In this document: positions 16,838 through 23,778 of the stretch, one piece after another
How positions within the stretch are numbered: the stretch's first letter is position 1
How the letters are laid out: every line of letters begins with the position of its first letter
From: Coleofasciculus sp. G1-WW12-02
Lineage (GTDB): Bacteria; Cyanobacteriota; Cyanobacteriia; Cyanobacteriales; Coleofasciculaceae
Strand: one strand, 5' to 3'
NCBI GenBank assembly: GCA_040219735.1
Contig: JAVJRX010000129.1
Length of the DNA: 24,000 nt
The notes under the pieces: model-generated
What the model saw: only the letters and a program-made list of their open reading frames with translations
The model's database searches: none
Told to the model about the DNA's origin: nothing
Position numbers and translations under genes: made by a program

Positions 16838-17824
16838 ATGGATATTGTTGCGGTTATTGAAAAGGGCGGAATCGCCATGTGGCCCCTGTTAGGGCTTTCG
16901 ATCCTAGCAGTTGGTACAATTTTTGAGCGACTCTGGTTTTGGGCGGGAATCCTCTTGAAACAAGAGGAAATCGTCAATCGGGTGCTGGATGCAGGCGCTC
17001 AAAACTGGCAGGTGGCTAGAGAAATCGCGATGAAATCGCGGCGACAACCCGTGGGACGATATTTATATGCTCCCCTACGCCTGATCAGCCCAGAACCTGA
17101 ATTATTCCGCTTAGCTTTAGAAGGGGCGGCTGATGACGAGTTAGCGGCGATGCGGCGCGGCGATAAGCTATTAGAAGCGGTGATTGCGCTGTCTCCTCTG
17201 TTGGGATTACTGGGAACGGTACTCGGTTTAATCAACTCATTAGGCTCAATTACCATTGATCAACTAGGTACAGCCTCCACCGCTGGGGTAACGTTGGGAA
17301 TCGGCGAAGCGCTGATTAGTACCGCGACAGGACTGATTATTGCAATTACCAGTTTGGCATTTTATCGACTGTTTCAAGCCTTTTGGTTTAACCAAGTCAA
17401 AATTTTCCGTAAAGCGGGGACAGAGTTGGAATTACTGTATCGCCAAGATTGGTTACAAGCCGAAGATAGTGATCAAGTGATGAGCGATACCCTCCAAGAC
17501 CATACCATTAACGTTTACCAAGAGAGTTTTGAAGTACCCCAACCCCCCACTTCACTTCCCAAACCCCGATCCAAGCAGAAGCAGCCGCCAAAGCAGGATG
17601 ATCAGGTTTTACCGGCACAAAGCGATCGCACTCCCGTCGCCAATGCTAAAACAAACCAAGACGAACAGCTTTCCCCAGACAATCCTCAAGTCCCCTCAAG
17701 CGATCGCACTCCCGTCGCCAATGCTAAAACAAACCAAGACGATCCGCTTTCCCCAGACAATCCTCAACTCCCCCAAAGCGATCGCACTCCTGTCTCCAAC
17801 CCTCAAGGAAACCCAGAAAATTAG
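16838..17824 (+). CDS. exbB: MotA/TolQ/ExbB-family proton-channel protein with a ~110-aa repetitive C-terminal tail
   Basis: The core is typical of the family: [35 protein letters not shown]..., [15 protein letters not shown] and [18 protein letters not shown] prefer the ATG at 16838, which has a GGGAGG 11 nt upstream, over the track's GTG at 16778. It is followed by an ExbD gene. Confidence 0.85.
   Translation: MDIVAVIEKGGIAMWPLLGLSILAVGTIFERLWFWAGILLKQEEIVNRVLDAGAQNWQVAREIAMKSRRQPVGRYLYAPLRLISPEPELFRLALEGAADDELAAMRRGDKLLEAVIALSPLLGLLGTVLGLINSLGSITIDQLGTASTAGVTLGIGEALISTATGLIIAITSLAFYRLFQAFWFNQVKIFRKAGTELELLYRQDWLQAEDSDQVMSDTLQDHTINVYQESFEVPQPPTSLPKPRSKQKQPPKQDDQVLPAQSDRTPVANAKTNQDEQLSPDNPQVPSSDRTPVANAKTNQDDPLSPDNPQLPQSDRTPVSNPQGNPEN
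17621..17824 (+). repeat. 78-bp (26-codon) tandem repeat, about 2.6 copies, inside the exbB 3' region
   Basis: Units start at 17621, 17699 and 17777 and encode [14 protein letters not shown](E/D)(Q/P)LSPDNPQ(V/L)P(S/Q). Each unit begins with a HIP1 site (aGCGATCGCact). The first two units are nearly identical at DNA level. Confidence 0.9.
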
Positions 17825-17963
17825 AAGTCTTTTCCTTAGTTTTCCCGATATCCTTAGTGCTGCTTGGCTTCAAATTGCCACCCGTTAATGTATAGACAAA
17901 AAAGCAGACATCCTAAACAAGTGCAGCCCTGGAGCCTTCTTTGACCTTTTGGAACCCAAGACG

Positions 17964-18716
17964 ATGACAACACTACCCCAGCACCGGACGAAAAAAAAAC
18001 CTGCCGCTTCCTTCCCCACACTAACCCGCCCTTTAAACTTGCGGATGGATTCCCCAACTGAAGAAGTTCGGATTGAGATCGTACCGCTAATTGATGTTAT
18101 TTTCTGTATCCTGACCTTCTTTATCCTGGCAGCCGTGGGTCTATCGCGCCAACAAGCCATTAATGTTGATTTACCCAAGGCGAGTACCGGAACTGCCCAA
18201 GGACGGCAGATTCTGATGATTAGTTTGGATGAATTGGGGCAAGTGTATGTAGAAAAAAATCCGGTGATTACCCAAGAGCAGTTTATTCAACAACTCCAAG
18301 CTTACAAGCAACAAAACCCCAGTGGCGTATTTGTCCTCTACGCCTCGCCCAATGCCATGTATAACGAAGTTGTACAAGTCTTGGATTTACTTCGGGAAGT
18401 CGGGGGCGATCGCGTGGCGCTAGCCAATTCACCTGGACAATCGCCGCAAATTCCGGGGACGAATCCCCTTTCTCCCTCAACTGGAGTTCCCGAATTTAAC
18501 CCCAATCCTGGACAAATACCAGTTAATCCTGATGGCACATTTAATCCCAATTTTCCGCCTCAATTTCCGGGGGTTCCGGGTCAACCTCAATTTGGATCAC
18601 CCCCGACGAATCCCGGTACGTTACCACCTTCTCCTGGACAATTCCCCATCAACCCCGGTGGTTCTGTTCCACCCAATTTTGGCACACCGACGTCACCGCA
18701 GCCGCAAGGGGAATAA
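17964..18716 (+). CDS. exbD: ExbD/TolR-family biopolymer transport protein with a 95-aa Pro/Gly/Asn/Gln-rich C-terminal tail
   Basis: The core ..EEVRIEIVPLIDVIFCILTFFILAAV...INVDLPKA... and a periplasmic domain ending ..GGDRVALAN are typical of cyanobacterial ExbD. The ATG at 17964 is preferred, though the track's TTG at 17949 is possible. The tail spans 18429-18713. Confidence 0.85.
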   Translation: MTTLPQHRTKKKPAASFPTLTRPLNLRMDSPTEEVRIEIVPLIDVIFCILTFFILAAVGLSRQQAINVDLPKASTGTAQGRQILMISLDELGQVYVEKNPVITQEQFIQQLQAYKQQNPSGVFVLYASPNAMYNEVVQVLDLLREVGGDRVALANSPGQSPQIPGTNPLSPSTGVPEFNPNPGQIPVNPDGTFNPNFPPQFPGVPGQPQFGSPPTNPGTLPPSPGQFPINPGGSVPPNFGTPTSPQPQGE

Positions 18717-18730
18717 TTCATGTTGTTGTG

Positions 18731-18819
18731 TAGAGACGTGCCATGGCACGTCTGTTCTGTAGGGGCGGGTTTGACTATTATCATTGATCACCTCATCCCA
18801 GATGGGACTAAACCCGCCC
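18731..18819. repeat. Palindrome AGAGACGTGCCATGGCACGTCT followed by a third copy of the GGGGCGGGTTT...AAACCCGCCC MITE-like element
   Basis: The palindrome is 18731-18752 and the element 18762-18819. A solo AAACCCGCCCC half-site lies at 18863-18873. The palindrome-plus-element arrangement is the same as at 5749-5830. Confidence 0.8.
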
Positions 18820-18908
18820 GATTAAGGCGCAGATAGAGAGAATTGATGATAAAGTTTTCTCAAAACCCGCCCCGCTTAAGTGAGAGACTATTCAGTGTTA
18901 AGTGACTT

Positions 18909-20324
18909 ATGACCGATAAATCAGGTGCAGGATATCGAATCGAACGCGATTCTATGGGGGAACGGCAAATCCCTAACGATGCCTACTACGGGATTCAAAC
19001 CCTACGGGCAATTGAAAACTTTCCTATCAGCGGGATTAAACCCTTACCCACCTACATAGACGCCTGTGTGCTGATCAAAAAAGCCACCGCGATCGCGAAT
19101 GGTAATCTGGGCTGTATTCCCCAAGATATTAGCCAAGGGATTATCCAAGCGGCTGATGAAGTTCTCAAAGGACAATGGCGGGATCAATTTGTCGTCGATA
19201 TTTACCAAGCAGGCGCCGGTACATCCCACCACATGAATATTAATGAGGTGCTGGCAAATCGGGCATTAGAAATCCTGGGAGATGAGAAGGGTAACTATAA
19301 GCGGGTTAGCCCAAATGACCATGTAAACTATGGGCAATCCACTAATGATGTTATCCCCACGGCGATTAGAATCGGGGCGCTGTTGGCTTTAGAACATACC
19401 TTGTATCCGGCACTATCTGATGCCATTACCGCCCTGGATAACAAAGGGGATGAATTCCAAGATGTGGTCAAATCCGGCAGAACCCATCTGCAAGACGCTG
19501 TACCGGTGCGCCTGGGAGAAGAATTTCGGGCGTGGGCGCAAATTCTCAGCGATCATACCAATCGGATTGAACAAGCATCAGAAGATTTAATGGTACTGGG
19601 GTTAGGCGGAAGTGCTGCAGGAACCGGATTAAACACCCATCCCGACTATCGCCATCAGGTTGCCCAAATTCTTGCCCAACTCATTGATCAACCCCTCAAA
19701 TCTGCCCCCCATCTCATGGCAGCCATGCAAAGTATGGCACCGTTTGTTAATGTATCTGGCAGTTTACGGAATTTGGCACAGGATTTAGTCAAAATTTCCC
19801 ATGACTTGCGGTTAATGGATTCGGGTCCGAAAACCGGATTCAAGGAAATTCAACTTCCCCCCGTGCAACCGGGCTCATCGATCATGCCGGGAAAATACAA
19901 CCCAGTTATGGCGGAAATGACCTCTATGGTATGCTTTCAGGTGATGGGCTATGATAGTGCGATCGCCTTAGCTGCTCAAGCGGGTCAATTGGAGTTGAAT
20001 GTGATGATGCCGTTGATTGGGTATAACCTAATTCACAGTATTGAAATTTTAGGCAATACCCTATCTGCCCTAACTCAAAAGTGTCTAGCCGGAATTACAG
20101 CACGACGCGATCGCTGTTTGGACTATGCCGAAGGGAGTCTCGCATTAGTTACCGCCCTGAATCCCCACATCGGTTATCTCAACGCGGCGGCTATCGCCAA
20201 GGAATCTTTGGAAACAGGCAAATCCCTGCGACAAATTGTCCTCGACAAAGGCTTGATGAGTGCTGAGGACTTAGCCAAGGTACTCGATCTTGATAAAATG
20301 AGTGCTTTGTTCCCGAACCAATGA
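18909..20324 (+). CDS. aspA: Aspartate ammonia-lyase (fumarate-lyase superfamily, aspartase-type)
   Basis: 471-aa ORF. It has the fumarate-lyase signature GSSIMPGKYNPVMAE. The N-terminal ..IERDSMGERQIPNDAYYGIQTLRAIENFPISG.. and ..NPNDHVNYGQSTNDVIPTA.. look closer to AspA than to FumC (my recollection of the family consensus). Confidence 0.8.
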   Translation: MTDKSGAGYRIERDSMGERQIPNDAYYGIQTLRAIENFPISGIKPLPTYIDACVLIKKATAIANGNLGCIPQDISQGIIQAADEVLKGQWRDQFVVDIYQAGAGTSHHMNINEVLANRALEILGDEKGNYKRVSPNDHVNYGQSTNDVIPTAIRIGALLALEHTLYPALSDAITALDNKGDEFQDVVKSGRTHLQDAVPVRLGEEFRAWAQILSDHTNRIEQASEDLMVLGLGGSAAGTGLNTHPDYRHQVAQILAQLIDQPLKSAPHLMAAMQSMAPFVNVSGSLRNLAQDLVKISHDLRLMDSGPKTGFKEIQLPPVQPGSSIMPGKYNPVMAEMTSMVCFQVMGYDSAIALAAQAGQLELNVMMPLIGYNLIHSIEILGNTLSALTQKCLAGITARRDRCLDYAEGSLALVTALNPHIGYLNAAAIAKESLETGKSLRQIVLDKGLMSAEDLAKVLDLDKMSALFPNQ

Positions 20325-20344
20325 CAAAGGACAAAGGACAAACC

Positions 20345-20626
20345 ATGCAAAGTCAAGATAGTTTTACCCAAGTCACCTTTCATTACATCAATGGCGAAAC
20401 CGAATCCTTTGATATTCCCGTGACGCCAGAAGCTTTTAGCGAACAACTTGCTGATTTCCTCAGCCAACCTTGGTTAACCCTACATCTGTTCGATCAAACC
20501 GTGATCATCCTGACGTCTCAAATTGTCAAAGTGGAAGTGACACCGCCGATTCCTCAACTCCAAGGGGAGGGTGTCTTATCGGATTGTCAACGAGTCACGG
20601 CTCTGTCCCGTGGTGCTAAAGTCTAA
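20345..20626 (+). CDS. Conserved hypothetical protein (93 aa from the ATG at 20345; 101 aa if started at 20321)
   Basis: The ORF directly follows aspA. The ATG at 20321 overlaps the aspA stop (ATGA), but codons 2-8 are then just the (GACAAAG)x3 repeat, so the ATG at 20345 (MQSQDSFTQVTFHYINGE..) is equally plausible. I recognise no domain. Confidence 0.5.
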   Translation: MQSQDSFTQVTFHYINGETESFDIPVTPEAFSEQLADFLSQPWLTLHLFDQTVIILTSQIVKVEVTPPIPQLQGEGVLSDCQRVTALSRGAKV

Positions 20627-20645
20627 GATAAACTAAAGCTATTTC

Positions 20646-21614
20646 ATGACACTTATGTCTAGCGTTAGTTTAATTCGGGCACAGTCCTATAACCGACAGC
20701 CATTAAGAACCGCCGTAGAAACCTTGCTGGAACCGTTAGGCGGGATTAGGGCATTTGTCAAAGTGGGCGATCGCGTCCTCCTTAAGCCCAATCTTCTCAC
20801 GGCTGGACGTCCGGGTAAGGAATGTATTACTCGCCCCGAACTTGTGTACGCTGTCGCTGAGTTAGTCAAGGAAGCTGGTGGTCAACCTTTTCTCGGTGAT
20901 AGTCCCGCCTTTGGTACAGCTAAAGGGGTGGCGCAGGCAAATGGCTATTTGCCGATGATGGATGAACTTAACATACCCATCGTCGAATTCCATGGTCAGC
21001 GATATCAAACAGTTAGCCATACCTTCAACCACCTGCGGCTGTGCAAAGAAGCAATGGATGCTGATGTGGTAATTAACTTACCCAAGCTGAAATCTCACAC
21101 CCAGTTAACCCTGACTCTGGGGGTTAAAAACCTGTTTGGCTGCGTCCCTGGTAAAATGAAAGCCTGGTGGCATGCAGAAGCGGGTAAAGATGCCTTACGG
21201 TTTGGGGAAATGTTAGTGGAAACGGCGCGGGCAATTAATCCCAACTTAACGATTCTGGATGGGATTGTAGGTCATGAGGGTAATGGACCGAGTGGTGGAG
21301 AACCCCGACGCTTGAATATGCTAGCCGCGTCGGCTGATGTATTTGCTTTGGATCAGGCGGTAGTCAACTTACTCAATGTCGAACCCCTGCAAGTACCGAC
21401 TGTAGCCGCCGCGATGAAATTAGGATTAAGTCCAAATCTGGATACCCTGGAATTTCCCCACCTGCATCCCGCCGATTTAAAGGTACTCGATTGGAAGCTA
21501 CCGGATCGGTTAATGCCCATTGATTTTGGTATGCCCCGCCTAATGCGCTCCACATTTAAGCATTTTTACATCCGGTGGATCAAAGAGCCAATAAGTGTTT
21601 ATGCTCAGCGGTAG
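20646..21614 (+). CDS. DUF362-domain protein
   Basis: 322-aa ORF. The motifs ..VGDRVLLKPNLL.., ..GDSPAFG.. and ..LPKLKSHTQLTLTLGVKNLFGCVPG.. match the DUF362 pattern. Confidence 0.7.
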   Translation: MTLMSSVSLIRAQSYNRQPLRTAVETLLEPLGGIRAFVKVGDRVLLKPNLLTAGRPGKECITRPELVYAVAELVKEAGGQPFLGDSPAFGTAKGVAQANGYLPMMDELNIPIVEFHGQRYQTVSHTFNHLRLCKEAMDADVVINLPKLKSHTQLTLTLGVKNLFGCVPGKMKAWWHAEAGKDALRFGEMLVETARAINPNLTILDGIVGHEGNGPSGGEPRRLNMLAASADVFALDQAVVNLLNVEPLQVPTVAAAMKLGLSPNLDTLEFPHLHPADLKVLDWKLPDRLMPIDFGMPRLMRSTFKHFYIRWIKEPISVYAQR

Positions 21615-21750
21615 TATAATCATTTTTGGATTGTTGGTGAGCAAAATCTAACATTCAAAACTCAAAGAAGGAATTATTTGGTAAACATTGTTACAACCTC
21701 TACCCAAGGAGGGAACGTATGCTGATACTACCCTCCGATTGCTTAATTCC

Positions 21751-21778
21751 ACCGCCTAGTGTTAGAGGCGGTTTTTTG
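21751..21778 (+). terminator. Rho-independent terminator
   Basis: The stem ACCGCCT (21751-21757) pairs with AGGCGGT (21766-21772). The loop is 8 nt, and a T tract follows that includes the last stem base (TTTTTTG). Confidence 0.6.
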
Positions 21779-21884
21779 TATTTTCTGTCTCGAATTACGT
21801 ACTAGAGCGTCAGTTCAGTAATAGCAGGTCGTGGTTATGTACAGTGCCATATTAGGTAGAAGTTGGCTTACCCACCGATAACTG

Positions 21885-21989
21885 ATACCGAGTTGCGCTC
21901 AAACATAGTAGATAGGAAAAGCAGGGGAGGCAGGGGAGGCGGGGGAAGCAGGGGGAGAGAAAGTTATATCTTTGAATGCAACTTGGTAT
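21885..21989. repeat. ~105-bp element with imperfect terminal inverted repeats flanking a G-tract core
   Basis: ATACCGAGTTGCGCTCAAA (21885-21903) matches the reverse complement of TTTGAATGCAACTTGGTAT (21971-21989) at 16/19 positions. The core gcaGGGGaggcaGGGGaggcGGGGGaagcaGGGGGag (21921-21957) has four G-runs of at least 4 with 4-5 nt loops. Confidence 0.6.
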
Positions 21990-22302
21990 GAAGAGCAAAA
22001 TCTGTCATTTATAAGTAATAACAGGGAAGTATAGGTAGCGAATGTTACCTCATGTAGAGGATTTCAGTAGATGATTTGATGAAACTGACTGGTATTCTAG
22101 AACTCGCGTCAATCTATCTAAGGTCAGTTGATTTGGCAAAACCGATGTCCTTATTAATAAAGTGTAAGATTTTATTGAAATTGTTTACAGGAAAACAATC
22201 CTTGAACCAAAAACTTGTTAGAATATAGGATGTAGGGTCTTGAATTTGACCCGGTCTCAGATAAAATTTCAATTGACTCAAGTTCTGATTAAAACTTCAT
22301 TT

Positions 22303-22506
22303 ATGGAATCAAGTGGCTCGTCTGCCAACTCTTCTGACCCCTATCCTCATAGATGGGCTGAGATTATCGGTACGGTAATGGCGTTTTTGACTCTGACCTT
22401 ACCTTTCTTAGCCATTGCTTACTACTCTTCTAGCAGCCTTGATGTTTTGCAGACAACACCCTACTCGCTGCCGAGATCAGAAACAGCTAACTGGAAAAAC
22501 TTATGA
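22303..22506 (+). CDS. Possible small single-TM protein (67 aa from the ATG at 22303)
   Basis: The ORF contains one clear hydrophobic helix (IIGTVMAFLTLTLPFLAIAYY). I recognise no homology, and the track's TTG start at 22240 looks less likely. Support is weak. Confidence 0.3.
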   Translation: MESSGSSANSSDPYPHRWAEIIGTVMAFLTLTLPFLAIAYYSSSSLDVLQTTPYSLPRSETANWKNL

Positions 22507-22568
22507 ACTGAAGTTCCCCTTGGACAAATTGCTACACTGTATGCCCTCAAGGGGGGAAGAAACTAAAC

Positions 22569-23237
22569 TCACCAGTGCAGTTGACTCAAAATGTACCGCA
22601 AACGGTCATAATCATCTTTGAGTAAAACACTGAGGGTTCGCCCTGCTTGAACTAACCAGTCGCGATCGCCCTTGCGAATTTGATAGATATCTCGGATCGC
22701 CGCAGCCGTTAGGGCTTCCACTGGCGCTCCACTTACTAACAGGAGTGTTCGCAAAAAATCCAACTTTTCGCTAAAGTAAATGATCTCATCGGGCTGGCAT
22801 TGATAGACAGCCTGATGAATTTGCGGCGGACGGGGAGGTAGATATTGATAAGCCCGTCCCCTAGGGGGTTGGTCACCATTGTTTCCCTCTCCGGGCGGTA
22901 TAAACCCAACAATTGCCGCACGAAACTCAGTTTTAAGCATGGCAAAAATTTGCGGCTGTTGCTCCCGCAATTCTGCCAGTGACAATCCCAACGCGACAGC
23001 CCGGTGAACTGAATCAATCGGGCTAGTTGTAGCGTGGTAAACTACCGCCATAACCTGATTGCCAGATTCTTCATCAACGGATTTGACCCAACTTCCAAAG
23101 GGTGGCATTACCGGAAAGCTCAAATCCTCTGGCTCTAAACATTGTGCCAGAAATTCTGTGGTTGCCGTTTCAATGACTTCCGCAATGTGATTATCAGGGC
23201 GTTCTCCAGCCGTAAACTGGGGTAAAGGAAGACGCAT
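22569..23237 (-). CDS. Conserved hypothetical protein with a HAS-barrel-like N-terminal region
   Basis: 222-aa ORF. The N-terminal pattern ..IAEVIETATTEFLAQCLE......PPFGSWVKSVDEE.GNQVMAVVYHATT.. resembles the small beta-barrel found at HerA/ATP-synthase N-termini (recollection, not verified). The rest is helical with a Pro-rich insert. Confidence 0.55.
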   Translation of the reverse strand: MRLPLPQFTAGERPDNHIAEVIETATTEFLAQCLEPEDLSFPVMPPFGSWVKSVDEESGNQVMAVVYHATTSPIDSVHRAVALGLSLAELREQQPQIFAMLKTEFRAAIVGFIPPGEGNNGDQPPRGRAYQYLPPRPPQIHQAVYQCQPDEIIYFSEKLDFLRTLLLVSGAPVEALTAAAIRDIYQIRKGDRDWLVQAGRTLSVLLKDDYDRLRYILSQLHW

Positions 23238-23244
23238 CTTTTAG

Positions 23245-23283
23245 TCCTTTGTCTTTTGTCCTTTGTCTTTCGTCATTTGTCAC
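23245..23283. repeat. STRR-like heptamer tandem repeat (TCCTTTG/TCTTTTG units; GACAAAG/CAAAGGA on the minus strand)
   Basis: Five consecutive 7-nt units end 7 nt upstream of the ATG of the 222-aa minus-strand gene. The same heptamer (GACAAAG x3) lies at 20323-20343 on the plus strand, next to another start codon. Confidence 0.8.
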
Positions 23284-23481
23284 GACAAAATCTGCTGCTC
23301 CATTGGTCATTTATTTGTTATTTTCTTATATGGGGCGGCTCAATGAAATGTGAACAGACAATAAGATGAAAGCGGGAACATAAGAGAAATAAAACCACCT
23401 TTTTCTGTATTCAAAAAGCATCTATCTTTGTTCCCGGTTCATTTTCGTTCGCTATAACAGGTCAACGGTTACAGTTTGTTT

Positions 23482-23667
23482 TTATTTTTTGCCTTGAGGA
23501 TTCACCTCTTCGAGTTCCGATAAATTGAACGTGACAATTTTATCCCAGTTTCCACCTTCAAACAGCACACCCGCTTTTCCATCACCGATGCGCTGGACTA
23601 TCCCTTCAAATTTGTAGTAAGTGTCCTCGCCGTTAATGACGCGAACAATTGAGCCAGGAAGAATCAT
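23482..23667 (-). CDS. ndhS: NAD(P)H-quinone oxidoreductase (NDH-1) subunit S
   Basis: 61-aa [58 protein letters not shown]... This is the conserved SH3-like NdhS sequence (..[31 protein letters not shown]). Confidence 0.85.
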   Translation of the reverse strand: MILPGSIVRVINGEDTYYKFEGIVQRIGDGKAGVLFEGGNWDKIVTFNLSELEEVNPQGKK

Positions 23668-23778
23668 CTGTTTTCACCCATAAATCTCTTATCTTAGCTT
23701 ACTATAAATTGCTGATTTATAATTAAGCTAATTTCTTACCATTAATATTGGTCAGTGCGCTTCGTCCTTTGTTACCGA

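Noticed and set aside
17529-18178. An alternative-frame ORF over the exbB tail (17529-17888) and two minus-strand ORFs (17854-18057, 17885-18178) in the exbB-exbD junction
   Set aside because: The exbB frame continues cleanly from the conserved core and contains the in-frame 26-aa tandem repeat. The other ORFs overlap the well-supported exbD start and have no motifs.
16778-18716. The MotA/ExbB-like plus ExbD-like pair next to a TIR gene could be a Zorya-type (ZorA/ZorB) defence system
   Set aside because: ZorA has a very long coiled-coil tail and ZorB a peptidoglycan-binding domain, and both come with ZorC/D or ZorE genes. Here the proteins have canonical ExbB/ExbD cores with short low-complexity tails. 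No Zor accessory genes follow (aspA is next), and the pair is divergently oriented from the TIR gene across a 900-bp repeat spacer.
22415-22621. 68-aa plus-strand ORF overlapping the 3' end of the 222-aa minus-strand gene
   Set aside because: It overlaps both the 22240/22303 ORF frame region and the convergent gene's stop. It has no motif or hydrophobic segment and is likely fortuitous.
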